In this document: positions 12,153 to 22,343 of the stretch, in pieces
Numbering within the stretch: position 1 is the first letter of the stretch
Layout of the letters: the number at the start of each line of letters is the position of its first letter
Assembly: GCA_965219445.1 (NCBI GenBank)
Contig: CBDCNQ010000002.1
Coordinates: 352,001 to 416,000 of the forward strand
DNA: 64,000 nucleotides
Reading direction: 5' to 3'
Source of the DNA: Longimicrobiales bacterium
GTDB lineage: Bacteria > Gemmatimonadota > Gemmatimonadetes > Longimicrobiales > Gaopeijiaceae
The notes under the pieces: model-generated
Databases searched by the model: none
Seen by the model: only the letters and a program-made list of their open reading frames with translations
What the model was told of the DNA's origin: nothing
Translations under genes and position numbers: made by a program

Positions 12153-12647
12153 ATGAAGAAAGCTGCGAAGACCATTGGAATCACCTTGTCTCTAATCGTG
12201 GTGGGCGCCCTCGTCTCAACTCGCCTTCTTGGCTACGAGCCCAGGGATCAGCGCCCTGGGTTGTGGCTAACCGGGGAGCGGGTCACCGAGCCGGTTGCTG
12301 ATTGGTCTTTCACGGAAGACCATCAGGAGATCTTCGTCCAAACCCGCACACCCTACCTTTTGCCGCATTCCGTTACCACGTACTGCGCCTTCTTTGACGG
12401 CGACCTCTACTTGTTCTCCGCCTACTACCAGGGCGGGACGTTTCCCGACGAACGCGGCTGGAACCGCAACGTGATGCGCGACCCCAGGGTGCGCCTGAAG
12501 ATCAGTGATCGACTCTTCGATCAGACCGTAAGCCATGTGACCGACGCCGATACGCGGGCAGCGGTTCATGCAAACGCTGTTGCCAAGTACCCGCAGTGGT
12601 CGAGCCCAGGGCTCGAGAATGTCCACATTCTCCTGGTTGAGGATTAG
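12153..12647 (+). CDS. Hypothetical exported protein (split-barrel/DUF2255-like)
   Basis: N-terminal TM; PGLWLTG, PHSVTT, WNRNVMRDPRVRLKI. Confidence 0.5.
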   Translation: MKKAAKTIGITLSLIVVGALVSTRLLGYEPRDQRPGLWLTGERVTEPVADWSFTEDHQEIFVQTRTPYLLPHSVTTYCAFFDGDLYLFSAYYQGGTFPDERGWNRNVMRDPRVRLKISDRLFDQTVSHVTDADTRAAVHANAVAKYPQWSSPGLENVHILLVED

Positions 12648-12707
12648 GTCGCTGAACGAGAGGTAGGCCCTCGGTCACGCATTGCCTACCCGCATCCCGC
12701 ACCGCAG

Positions 12708-12854
12708 GCCGCGCTTCGCTTACCGTCCCAGGTTGGTGGGGCTATTCCATTCTCTTTCATTCTCTCTCGGTGTCTCAGCATCCTCGGTTTCTCTGCCTTC
12801 GCCCTACTCTAATTCCTTAGCTGCTCCGTGTCTCACGTAAGTTGGCAGAGAGGG
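12708..12854 (-). mobile_element. IS3-family left-end fragment
   Basis: Matches the left end of the 29492-31058 copy, ending TTGGCAGAGAGGG. Confidence 0.85.
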
Positions 12855-12985
12855 GGCTGATGTAGCATTCCACTCAGGATACGTACTCTGCGCTCCCCTC
12901 CTACGTCATTCGACGTATCAAATGGGAGCCAGCCTGAACGCATCTTCCCCTTCGACACTCACGACGTCAACGGAGCGAAGATCAA

Positions 12986-13561
12986 ATGAACAAGCAAGCA
13001 CTACTTCCGATTCTCGGAATCGTACTGCTGGCGCACGCCCCCTCAAGTGCCCTGGGCCAGCAGTTGGTCGCTGGCGACGCGATTCGTGTCAGGGCCTCCC
13101 AGTCAGCCGAGCCGGGGCTCCAATGGACCGAGGGGAGGGTGGTTCGACTGACATCCGATACCCTTTGGTACCAGGCCAGCGGCAGCGTATCGCCGATATC
13201 GCTCGACGCCGCCGAAATCCAACGCGGGACCGGTCGGAAGCGTTGGAGGAATGGCCTAGGGATTTGTGCTCTAGCCGGTGGGGCGGTCGGTGCCTTGGTA
13301 GCCTACAGGTCGTTCGAGCCCAGGTTTGGTTACAAAGATCTTGGGGAGGCCCTCTTTTGCCCTTTTCTTGGATGCGAGCCTGATACCCAACTCAACTCCC
13401 GCAAGGACGAAACTGCAGGCGGAGCCTTCCTTGGAGCACTGATTGGGGGTACCGCAGGATTTCTTGTCGGCAAAATGCTAGGGGGGTGGGAAACGGTCGA
13501 GCTCGACCAAATCACGGTAGGAGCCGGAAACCTCGGCGTGAGCTTGAGCATCCGGCGATGA
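12986..13561 (+). CDS. Hypothetical secreted protein with glycine-zipper helices
   Basis: Signal peptide; GGAVGALV and GALIGGTAG motifs. Confidence 0.55.
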   Translation: MNKQALLPILGIVLLAHAPSSALGQQLVAGDAIRVRASQSAEPGLQWTEGRVVRLTSDTLWYQASGSVSPISLDAAEIQRGTGRKRWRNGLGICALAGGAVGALVAYRSFEPRFGYKDLGEALFCPFLGCEPDTQLNSRKDETAGGAFLGALIGGTAGFLVGKMLGGWETVELDQITVGAGNLGVSLSIRR

Positions 13562-13648
13562 TGGCCGCCCCCATCATTCTGAGCTTGCATCTCACGTTGC
13601 TCATGGGCATGGTAGTCGCAACAGATCCGTCATCACCGGGAGACTCTT

Positions 13649-14125
13649 GTGCGAGCTGACCAACTCCAGAAGTGGGCTTTAGGAGCAGAAATTGCTGGGG
13701 CTGTGGCCGTGGTCGTGACGCTGGGCTTTCTCGCATTGCAAATGAGAGAGAACACGAATGCGGTGCAGGCCCAGACTTATCAGGCCCTGATGCAGGAGCT
13801 TAATGACTTTCGAAAGCTAAACTTACATCCGGAGCTAATGCGGATCACGGAGAAATTCAACGAAGAAGGGTGGCAGGGTCTTACGAGCGATGAGCAGCGA
13901 CGTGTGAGGACCCCCGCCATGGTCAACTGGGGCATCTACGAGAGCGCGTACTATGCCAACGAGCGAGGCGTGCTCGGCGAGCGAGAATGGATACGATTCG
14001 CCGTAGGGATTTGTCGCAGACGTATGGTGCTGGCTGACTTCTGGGACCCCGGAGGAGGAATCACACCTATGTCGGAGCTACTGACCCCAGACTTCGTGGA
14101 CTACATCGAGAGCAGTTGCGAATAG
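13649..14125 (+). CDS. Hypothetical membrane-anchored protein (paralog of 58606-59145 and 45898-46349)
   Basis: AEIAGAVAVVVTL..LALQMRENT; C-terminal WGIYE..YAN..GVLG..EW.RF. Confidence 0.65.
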   Translation: MRADQLQKWALGAEIAGAVAVVVTLGFLALQMRENTNAVQAQTYQALMQELNDFRKLNLHPELMRITEKFNEEGWQGLTSDEQRRVRTPAMVNWGIYESAYYANERGVLGEREWIRFAVGICRRRMVLADFWDPGGGITPMSELLTPDFVDYIESSCE

Positions 14126-14217
14126 TCCATGCGAGTGTGCACGGTGATGCGCAGCAAAATCGCAGAGACGTTAGCTCAGCGGCGGCGGCCGGTTCCAACC
14201 GCGGAGGAGCAGTGACG

Positions 14218-14772
14218 ATGCGAAGACCAGCATACGTGGCACTCATGGTCCTCTTGCTGCCGCCCGCCGTCCGTGCTCAAGACGGGAACCAGTCGAGCCC
14301 ACCCGCAGTCCATGTCTTCGCTAGTGGAGGTTTCGGCGTAGGCACGCGCGACACAGCGGGCCACCTGGCCCTTTCAGTGAATTACGGCCGAGGTGACTTC
14401 ATTCTCCGCCTGGCGGAAACATCCGACTTTGAGTTCTGCTTCTTTTCGTGCAGCTCCACTCCAGAGCAGACGTCGCGTGACATCGCACTCCTGTACGGCC
14501 GCCGCTATGCTGCTTCCTCCTCGGGGTGGCTCCGAGCGGCCGCCGGGCTCGGGCGTGCTCAGGTTGGCGAGACCGGCACCTGCGCCCTCGACATCTTCTT
14601 CTGCAGATATACTGGGACAACTTCGAGCTCAGTGGGCGTGGCGTGGCAACTTGACGCCGTATGGACGCCATGGGCTGCCTTAGGAGTTGGCGGCGGAGTG
14701 TTCGGGAATCTCAATCCCAGTGATTCGTTCGCAGGCCTGGCGCTCTTTCTCCACCTGGGACGGGTCCGATAG
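14218..14772 (+). CDS. Hypothetical secreted beta-rich protein
   Basis: Signal peptide (VRA^Q), alternating beta-strand pattern, Cys pairs. Confidence 0.5.
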   Translation: MRRPAYVALMVLLLPPAVRAQDGNQSSPPAVHVFASGGFGVGTRDTAGHLALSVNYGRGDFILRLAETSDFEFCFFSCSSTPEQTSRDIALLYGRRYAASSSGWLRAAAGLGRAQVGETGTCALDIFFCRYTGTTSSSVGVAWQLDAVWTPWAALGVGGGVFGNLNPSDSFAGLALFLHLGRVR

Positions 14773-14835
14773 CGAAGCGTGGTAGGACCGCTCCCAGTTT
14801 CCAGAATTCATTTTTTCGTACCGAGGGGGGTGCAT

Positions 14836-15786
14836 ATGAAATCGACATCACTTGTTTTGGCTTTGGGTCTCTTGTTCTCCTTTGCGCCGTTCGTCCAAGC
14901 GCAGAACGCCCCGGCAACCGATGCGGTTGCGACCGAGATTCCTGGCGTGATAGCGGCCGGAGCGAGAATCGAGCTCATCAAGGATGATTTTGAGGGTACG
15001 GAAGGCCCGATCGCGCATCCGGACGGCGGGTTGCTCTTCACCGATAACAGAGCAAGCCGCATCATTAAGATTGAGCCGGACGGCAGAACCTCGGTGTTCC
15101 TTGAGGACACCAAGGAGGCGAATGGCTTGGCCTTCGACCCGATGGGCCGCTTGATCGCGGTTCAGCGGGCGCCGGGATTTGCAAGGATCGCCGTCATTTA
15201 TCCCGACGGCGAAGAAACCGTCCTCGCCGACCAGATTGACGGGAGACCCTTCGACCGTCCGAATGATCTCGTCCTGGACAAGAAGGGCGGCGTTTACTTC
15301 ACGGATCCGAACCCTAAATCGGTGTTCTACGCTTCCCCGACCGGAAACGTTGTCAACGTCGCGGACAACATCAACCGCCCGAACGGAATCCAGTTGAGCC
15401 CCGATGAGCGAACCTTATACGTAAACGATTCTGCGGGTGAATACCTCCTCGCGTACGACATTCAGCCGGACGGCACGGTTCGGAACCGTAGCAACTTCGC
15501 CAGATACGTGGGAGTGAGGCGGACGAGCGATGGGATCACCAGCGGAGCGGACGGACTGGCCGTGGACAGCGAGGGGCGTGTCTACACCACTTCCAACGCA
15601 GGAGTGGACGTCTTCAGCCCACAGGGACAGCACCTTGGCACGATCCCGGTAGGGACACCAGAAGGACGTGGTCCCCAGAATATGGCCTTCGCCGGCCGCG
15701 ACAAGAAGACGCTCTATATCGTCGGACGCGGCGCAGCTTTCAAGGTGCAGATGCTCGCGCAAGGTTACATGGGCCGCGTAAAGTAA
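14836..15786 (+). CDS. SMP-30/gluconolactonase family protein
   Basis: TEGP, PNDL, YFTDP, PNGIQLSPD, DGLAVD, signal peptide. Confidence 0.85.
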   Translation: MKSTSLVLALGLLFSFAPFVQAQNAPATDAVATEIPGVIAAGARIELIKDDFEGTEGPIAHPDGGLLFTDNRASRIIKIEPDGRTSVFLEDTKEANGLAFDPMGRLIAVQRAPGFARIAVIYPDGEETVLADQIDGRPFDRPNDLVLDKKGGVYFTDPNPKSVFYASPTGNVVNVADNINRPNGIQLSPDERTLYVNDSAGEYLLAYDIQPDGTVRNRSNFARYVGVRRTSDGITSGADGLAVDSEGRVYTTSNAGVDVFSPQGQHLGTIPVGTPEGRGPQNMAFAGRDKKTLYIVGRGAAFKVQMLAQGYMGRVK

Positions 15787-15973
15787 TGAGACAGTGTTAA
15801 CCGAGAGCCCACGTCGGCTTCGAGCATAGCGGACACCGAACTGGGAACATCGAAGGGTCTTCAGGAAACAACCAAACGGTTCTGGCGGGTGGTGGTGGAG
15901 TAGGGCCAAAAGCTCTGTTTTTAACTTGAGCGTGAGGGCCTTGGGCAACCGGATTATCTGAATAGCTCTGAGC

Positions 15974-16262
15974 TTACACGCCTTCAACCAAGATTACATT
16001 AGTGGACGCCACCCTGCGCAGAATATCCTTTGCTTTGGAGTATGCTGGCGACCTGTACCACTGCTTAGCTTGTTCCGTGCTTTCAAATTCCAGCATTACC
16101 AACGTCTCGGGTTTCCAGTCTCCCTCCAATACCTCTACCATACCGCCATGAAGTAATGTCTTCGACTGGAAGGGTTACCAGGGACTCGTTAGCAAGTTTG
16201 GCATAGTCATCCCTCTCCGCCGGATCGGTGACTTCTACATCAAAGATTAAATACGCTGCCAT
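15974..16262 (-). pseudogene. DUF1330 protein, frameshifted (not in ORF track)
   Basis: Manual translation MAAYLIFDVEVTDP.../...HGGMVEVLEGDWKPETLVMLEFESTEQAKQWYRSPAY...VILVEGV*; visibly lower GC. Confidence 0.75.
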
Positions 16263-16398
16263 AATCCTTTCCCTCCTTATCTTCTAAGGAATTGACGGCC
16301 TCTATGAGTCGAGGACGAGCCCTGTTCGTGACAGGTGGATATTGCGAGAACTGGGCCGAGCGGCCCAATAACTGAGCCTTGGCGGTCAATGAGGCCTC

Positions 16399-17472
16399 TC
16401 ACACCGCATGGCCGAAAGTAGCTTGAATCCGGTTAATCTCGTCCAGGGCGTAGCGTGCCAGTCGCTTTTGCCCCTGCTTGGACTCTCCTCTAGACTCGAG
16501 GTCGCCGAGGATGATAATGTTCTCGTCATTCAGACGGTTAGCCGGTCCAGTGTAGTTGAAGCTGCCCGCGATGATCAGCTGCTCGTCGATCACCATGAGC
16601 TTGTGGTGCAGCTTACCGAGCGGATGGCCTGGCTTGGACTTCGTCACGAATAGCTGCGCGCCTGCGTTCTTCACTGGGCGCGTGGCCGCCCACGTCTGAT
16701 TCGCAGCCCTCCCGTCCAGGAGGCCCCTAACTCTTTTTCCCGATCCCTGGGTGAGCTGGATCATCACGTCGTCTATCCCAGATGACTGGGCAAACGTGAA
16801 GATCGCAAAATCCACACGGGTCTTCGTCTTGGCCATCTGCTTCATAATCTCCATTTCTGGAGCGTGATCAGGGGCAAAGAGAATGCGGATCGGAATGTCT
16901 GACACTGTCACATTTCTAGGCCTTTCATCGTGGCCCTCGTTCAGAGCCCCGAAATGCCCCTGTTGAATCTCCTTGAATTCCTCCGTGTACGTGTTCGCGA
17001 CCTTGCGATCGCGGATGATCACGACGTGGTTCAGGTTCTTGCTGATCCCTGTGTCCGTGAAGTTTGTCGACCCGGTGAGTACAGCACTCCCGTCACGTAC
17101 GATGAATTTCTGGTGGAAGATCTTGGAGTTGAAGTCCGACTTCACGTCTATCTTCGCACGAAGTACGGCGTCGTGAAGTTGGCGGTTGGCCTCGTTTTGC
17201 CCCGTTTGAGTGAAGGGATCGACGACAGCTTTCTTCACCGTGAGGTAGTCGCCTTCTAGGACGAGCTTGACGAGGACTTTGCGCTGACGGGCGCGGATAA
17301 TGGCACGCGTGATATCTGCCGAGTCCAGCTCCTGCACGGCGATGAAGAGTTTCCTCTTTGCTCCGTCGATGAAATCGACGATCGCCCTCTTGAGATCGTC
17401 GGGACCGCCTACCTGCTGCGGGCCCATGTGGAGCTCGACGTTGCCGATGATCCTAGGCACGGGCACTCCCAA
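16399..17472 (-). CDS. Phospholipase D-like protein with two HKD motifs
   Basis: HQKFIVRD..TGSTNF and HHKLMVID..AGSFNY..NDEN. Confidence 0.85.
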   Translation of the reverse strand: MGVPVPRIIGNVELHMGPQQVGGPDDLKRAIVDFIDGAKRKLFIAVQELDSADITRAIIRARQRKVLVKLVLEGDYLTVKKAVVDPFTQTGQNEANRQLHDAVLRAKIDVKSDFNSKIFHQKFIVRDGSAVLTGSTNFTDTGISKNLNHVVIIRDRKVANTYTEEFKEIQQGHFGALNEGHDERPRNVTVSDIPIRILFAPDHAPEMEIMKQMAKTKTRVDFAIFTFAQSSGIDDVMIQLTQGSGKRVRGLLDGRAANQTWAATRPVKNAGAQLFVTKSKPGHPLGKLHHKLMVIDEQLIIAGSFNYTGPANRLNDENIIILGDLESRGESKQGQKRLARYALDEINRIQATFGHAV

Positions 17473-17499
17473 CTTGGACTTGTGGAGAGGGGTGAGTCC

Positions 17500-17660
17500 A
17501 AGCTCTACTACAGACGATCAGGCCGCAAGCAGGTCACAGCAGATCAGACGTTCACGCCGGGCCAGCAAGAGGTGTTGTTCTCTATAGCCAACTACATGCC
17601 GGAGGTGGTCACCCTCAATACGACGTGAGCACAGACGATCAGCGATTCGTGATGCTGTGG
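17500..17660 (+). pseudogene. Degraded C-terminal fragment of a kinase-propeller paralog
   Basis: GGGCCAGCAAGAGGTG and GACGATC..CGATTCGTGATGCTG match 11823-11922. Confidence 0.55.
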
Positions 17661-17862
17661 GTCGAAGATGAAAATGCGGAATCGGACACCGAGCTAATCC
17701 TGGCTGGGGAGTTGCTCTCTCTCTCTCGTGCCTACATTCTTGTGGGTTCGCCTCCTGATCCTACCGCAGCGTAGGCTTTTCCCTTCGTTAGAACGCTCCT
17801 CCGAAGCCCAGAAAATAGAAATAACCCTTATATATAAAGGGGTTTCTCCAGTTTTGGGTTTC

Positions 17863-17877
17863 TGGCACACGCTTTGC
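17863..17877 (+). promoter_or_regulatory. Sigma-54 promoter
   Basis: TGGCAC-N5-TTGC exact -24/-12 spacing, AT-rich tract upstream, precedes 18004. Confidence 0.6.
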
Positions 17878-18003
17878 CAATGGCGTTGTTGTTGGTGGTG
17901 TAGTTGCGGGTCGTTTGCGGCTAGGCTGACCACATGATAAGAGCCCGCGCAACAAATCCACCGGCCGCTCTCCCCCCCAGCGGCTCGGAAAGGGATCGGC
18001 ATC

Positions 18004-18837
18004 ATGGCACGCGTACTCATCGTCGAAGACGAACGGACCGATCGGGTCATCTTGGCAGAACTCCTCGAGCGAATGGGTCACGAGGTCTATTTCGCGTCGG
18101 ACGGGGAGGAAGCCTTCAAGACATATTTGAAAAACAGCATCGAGATCATCATCACGGATCTTAACATGCCTCATGTTGATGGGCTGGAGTTCATCGGGGC
18201 GGTAGGAGCGTTGTTTCCACGGGCGGTGATTATCGCCGTGTCCGGCAAGGGGCCTGAACTACTCGCTGAAGCTGAGAGCAAGGGCGCGTTCGCGGCACTC
18301 AGCAAGCCCGTCGACCCCCAGGAGCTCCGAAAGGCCATAGAGGCAGCCCCGGATAGCCTAGCCCGTAGGAAGGAAGACGTAGGAATCATGGCCCCGAGCG
18401 ACGAGCCGTTCGTCCTCATTGTCGAGGATAATCCCGACCAAGCTGCGCTAATCCAGGCGGCGTTCAAAACGAACCTGGCCGCGAGCAGGACTCATTTGGT
18501 GTTCTATGGCTGGGAGGCTCAGGCCTACCTCAATAGAGCGTCGCCGTATCACGACTGGACCCGATATCCAGTTCCGTCGCTCATCGTGCTCGACCTCGGG
18601 CTGCCGGACATCACCGGGTTTGAGATCCTCGAGTGGATGGCCGAGTCGAAATGGCTAGCGAAGATCCCGATCATCGTGTTCACGGCTTCTGAAGATCCGG
18701 AGCACGAACGAAGAGCCTACGCACTAGGTGTACGCCGCTACATACGCAAGCTCGATGATTACGGCGCGTTGGTGGACGCGGCCAAAGAGGAGCTGCACCC
18801 GCGGACCGAGACGGAGCGACGGAAGATTAGCGACTAA
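18004..18837 (+). CDS. Response regulator with two tandem receiver domains
   Basis: LIVED..TDLNMP..KP, then LIVEDN..LDLGLP..K; no output domain. Confidence 0.8.
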   Translation: MARVLIVEDERTDRVILAELLERMGHEVYFASDGEEAFKTYLKNSIEIIITDLNMPHVDGLEFIGAVGALFPRAVIIAVSGKGPELLAEAESKGAFAALSKPVDPQELRKAIEAAPDSLARRKEDVGIMAPSDEPFVLIVEDNPDQAALIQAAFKTNLAASRTHLVFYGWEAQAYLNRASPYHDWTRYPVPSLIVLDLGLPDITGFEILEWMAESKWLAKIPIIVFTASEDPEHERRAYALGVRRYIRKLDDYGALVDAAKEELHPRTETERRKISD

Positions 18838-18986
18838 TGCTAGACGGCCACGAGTCATCCCAAGTCGCGGCGGCCCGTGCGTTTGGAAGAGTTCTGCGCC
18901 CGTGCATCGAGTCGGCGTGCTCCCTCGACTGGGACCCATCGGATGGGTTCAGTTGCCGTGTCTTTCTGTGGTGAGGGCTCTAGCTA

Positions 18987-19019
18987 GACGCCCACCCCCA
19001 TCGTTCGGAGGTGGCCGTC
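18987..19019 (+). repeat. Dispersed hairpin repeat, copy 1 of 3
   Basis: GACGCCCACCCCCATCGTTCGGAGGTGGCCGTC; also at 22549 and 54016-54062 (-). Confidence 0.85.
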
Positions 19020-19156
19020 CTCTGGTGGGGAGAAAGACGGTGGCGGAAAGCCATGCGGTCGAGATACCTTGACGGCGGTTGCCAGCGAGTGACTAGGATG
19101 CCCCAGCCGGGCCTCACGATAATGATTTCGTTCTTAGCACTGAAAGGGGAGCCACA

Positions 19157-19513
19157 ATGAACCTCCGTGTCACCCTCGTCGCGTTGGTCCTGCTGGCCGC
19201 CGCCTCTCCAGGATCCCTAGCGGCCCAGACTGCTACGGCATTCCAGACGGGCGAGCCGCTCACGGGCTCAACGACGCGATGCTACTATTCACTCGCGGGG
19301 CGTAGATACACGAGGACGGTCCCGTCCGATCAGCTATGCCCGACGAGCATCCAGGTACCCGCCCCCGCGCCCACCCAGAGGACGATCTTCAAAACAGGCC
19401 AACGGGTTACTGGTTCAACGAAGCAATGCTTCTACGTGTTTGCGGGGGCAGAGTACACGAGAACGGTACTCCGGCACCGGCTTTGTCCGCGAAGTATCAA
19501 GATTCCAAGGTAG
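19157..19513 (+). CDS. Small secreted protein with two Cys-pair repeats
   Basis: Signal peptide; F.TG...TGST..C.Y..AG..YTRTV....LCP.SI twice. Confidence 0.7.
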   Translation: MNLRVTLVALVLLAAASPGSLAAQTATAFQTGEPLTGSTTRCYYSLAGRRYTRTVPSDQLCPTSIQVPAPAPTQRTIFKTGQRVTGSTKQCFYVFAGAEYTRTVLRHRLCPRSIKIPR

Positions 19514-19557
19514 TTTTGGGAAGGACATGAGGTTGGGTCAATAGGTGTGTAAACGTA

Positions 19558-20802
19558 TCAGGCGGCATTTTTCCGCTGTTGGGTTGAGACGGGCTTTCCG
19601 TCTTCGAACTTTCTTCCTTCAAATACGTCCTTGAGGAGGTGAGGAGCGTCGAGCCTTCTGAAGCGCTTCTCCGCCACCAAGAGCAGCTTCCAGATCAGCG
19701 CCGTAGCGCTCTCGACCCGCTTGAAGCGCTTCGCCGCCGTTGTCCTGAGCCGTACTGCGGCAAAGGGGCTCTCGACCACGTTCGTCGTGCGTAGATGCTT
19801 CCAGTGGTCCTCGGGGAAGTCGTAGAACGCCACCATCCGCTCCCAGTCGTCCTCGAGTACATCCACCGCCTTCGGATACCACGGTCTGTAGCGCCTGGCG
19901 AACGCCTCACGGGCCTTCAGCGCCTCGGACCGCCTCGGTGCGTAGACCACGGTCCTGAGAAGGTCCTTCGCCTCGCTCTGCTCCCGCTGAGGCAGCCGGT
20001 CCAGCACGTTCCTCATCTTGTGGTTCCAGCACCGTTGCTCGCCCGCCTCAGGCCATACCTGCCGTACTGCGCCCCAGATCGCCGCGTTGCCGTCCGCCAT
20101 CAAAAGCCGGGGCGCCTCGATGCCGCGTGCCTTCAGATCCCGCAACACCTCGGACCAGGACTCGACCGACTCTCGGTAGCCCGATCTCAGGGCCAACACC
20201 TCCTTCGTACCATCTCGCATCGCACCGAGAACCACCAGCAGCGCTGCCTTGTCCCGCTCGAGCCCCGCCTTCACGTAGATCCCGTCCGCCCAGACGTAGA
20301 CGACCTCACGGTCGGCCAGCGAGCGCTTCGACCATTCCTCGAATTTCCTTGTCCATCCCGCCCGCAGCCGCCAAATCGAAGACTTCGACAACGGGGCCCC
20401 CTCGCCCAGCAGGCCCCGCATCGCCAGCTCGAAGTCTCCCTCCGCCAGCCCGTGCAGATACAGCTCCGGAAGCAGAGCACCCACCTCCTTCGTCCGTCGT
20501 GCGAACAACGGCAACACCCGACTCTCGAACCGCTCCTCAATGCCTCGAACCCGGGGCCGTCGGAGCATGATCGTGCCCGAGCTCATCGCCAGCCGCCGAG
20601 CCTTGCCGTAGCCGTTGCGGTAGCCTGGCGCCGGGTCTACGACCGTCTTCCGCTCCGACTTCTCCCGGCCGAGCAACTCCGTCACTTCCTCCTCCAGAAT
20701 CCGCTGGACCATCTCCTGGGCCTTCTCACGAACCAGCGCTTCCAAGCACTCCCACGTCGGCGTGCTGGACTCACTCTCGGGTCCCACCATATTCTTCCTC
20801 AC
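19558..20802 (-). CDS. IS256 family transposase
   Basis: YRNGY, WADGIY, ADG, QRCWNHK, RTTNVVES motifs. Confidence 0.95.
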   Translation of the reverse strand: MRKNMVGPESESSTPTWECLEALVREKAQEMVQRILEEEVTELLGREKSERKTVVDPAPGYRNGYGKARRLAMSSGTIMLRRPRVRGIEERFESRVLPLFARRTKEVGALLPELYLHGLAEGDFELAMRGLLGEGAPLSKSSIWRLRAGWTRKFEEWSKRSLADREVVYVWADGIYVKAGLERDKAALLVVLGAMRDGTKEVLALRSGYRESVESWSEVLRDLKARGIEAPRLLMADGNAAIWGAVRQVWPEAGEQRCWNHKMRNVLDRLPQREQSEAKDLLRTVVYAPRRSEALKAREAFARRYRPWYPKAVDVLEDDWERMVAFYDFPEDHWKHLRTTNVVESPFAAVRLRTTAAKRFKRVESATALIWKLLLVAEKRFRRLDAPHLLKDVFEGRKFEDGKPVSTQQRKNAA

Positions 20803-20924
20803 GAGGCATCGTTCCTTTCCCCCGGGCGCTCACCCGGGATTCGCTGGTTAACTTCTTACTACCTAGCGGAAAGGTACGTCGCCTCTTTTTTTACACACCC
20901 TTCTATGGGGCTGGCGGTCAAGAC

Positions 20925-21287
20925 GCACCTTCCCCACGCGCCGTCGGCTCATTTTTTGACCGTCGGCGTCCGCATGGTTTGGATTGCCCGGTCGACGACT
21001 CAGGGTGGGGAGGGGTGCGCTCGCAGGGTCCGCATCGCAGTCCGGAAGACGTTCACAGCCGTCGCGTTCTCCGCTCTGGAGCGGGAACCATCCTTCTATC
21101 TGGGACTCTGTGGCCCATCGCTTCGTTCGGCTCTCCAGGGGTGCATAGCCTTTGAGTGGGGGCTTGGGCTCTCTGCCCCGGCCCACGGTGTGTATGGATG
21201 CTGTCCCCTGTAACCGGTTCGCTTCCGTTTCGTCGGACCCCATGTTGTGACCGCTTTCGACCCCACGCTCGCCGATCCCAGGCCGGT
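20925..21287 (-). ncRNA. Predicted bridge/seek RNA of the IS256-targeting IS1111
   Basis: Downstream NCR contains TACACACC and TCAAAGG (target halves) around a stem, plus ATAGAAGG (donor). Confidence 0.7.
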
Positions 21288-22343
21288 TTACTCCGTCGCT
21301 TCCAGTCTCTTGGGGTCGTACGCTTCGCCCGTGCGCCACACCGCTAGCACGATCGAGGCGAGCTGACGCGCGATCGTCAGCTTCGCCAGATTCGGCTTCG
21401 TGCCCCCCTCCAGGAGTCGCTCGTAGTGGCGGTACAAGGGCTCGTCCTCGGCCCGACCGATCACCGTCGTCGCTGCGCCCTTGAACACACGCTTCAGCGT
21501 GTGGTTGAAGTTCCGATTCAGCCCCCGCGTCTGCTGTACCGGTTCCCTTACCCACCGCCCACCCGGACCCCGCACCCAGTCCGACGAGCTCCGCATCACG
21601 ACGCCCAGTCCGCAGTACGCCCAGAACCTGCTCCGGCTCTGGAACCGGTACGGCGTCACCACCACCGGCAGGAGCTCCGCCGTCCGGATCGGACCCAGAC
21701 CCGGGCACGTCTTCAGCACATGCCACTCTCGATGCTTGCGTGCTTCCGCCAGCAACGCCTTCTCGGCCTTCGCCCTCAATGCCACGAGTGCGTCGTGCTC
21801 CTCGTACAGCAACCCGGCCGTCGTCCTGCTCGCTTCCGGCAGCTTGGCCAACCACTCCTCCCGGTCGCGCTTTAAGTAGACCGAGCGCCCCGCGCCGTAG
21901 GCCACTCCTCTCGAGCGCAGCACGCTCTTGAGCCGGTTCTTCACCCGCACCGTGTCGCCGACCAGGAAGTCGTAGCTCTTCGCCCGTTCCCCCAGCCGCC
22001 TGAACTGGCCCCGGTTCTTGTAGACCCTCGTCTCCAGTGATCCGATCCGCAGCTTCTCCGCCAGGGCAAACGCGTCCAGCTTGTCGGTCTTCGGGCCCCG
22101 GCTCTTGCCGACCCCCGCCACCGTCAGCTCCTCCACGTGCGGCTCCAGCACCTCGTACAGCCACCCCGACAGCGTCCCTTCTTCCAGGCATAAGTGCCGG
22201 TTCCTCGGAATCCCTCGCAGCACCTCGATCAGCGCCCGCGCGTTCGTTTCCACCACCTGCGAGCCCAAGCGCTTGCCGCTGGGGCCTACAATCCCCAGCG
22301 TGCAGCTCGACGCGTGTGCGTCGAGTCCGATATATCTCTCCAT
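21288..22343 (-). CDS. IS110 family recombinase
   Basis: IGLDAH, LEEG, KTDKLDA (DEDD); PGLGP, YCGL, RSS. Confidence 0.93.
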   Translation of the reverse strand: MERYIGLDAHASSCTLGIVGPSGKRLGSQVVETNARALIEVLRGIPRNRHLCLEEGTLSGWLYEVLEPHVEELTVAGVGKSRGPKTDKLDAFALAEKLRIGSLETRVYKNRGQFRRLGERAKSYDFLVGDTVRVKNRLKSVLRSRGVAYGAGRSVYLKRDREEWLAKLPEASRTTAGLLYEEHDALVALRAKAEKALLAEARKHREWHVLKTCPGLGPIRTAELLPVVVTPYRFQSRSRFWAYCGLGVVMRSSSDWVRGPGGRWVREPVQQTRGLNRNFNHTLKRVFKGAATTVIGRAEDEPLYRHYERLLEGGTKPNLAKLTIARQLASIVLAVWRTGEAYDPKRLEATE

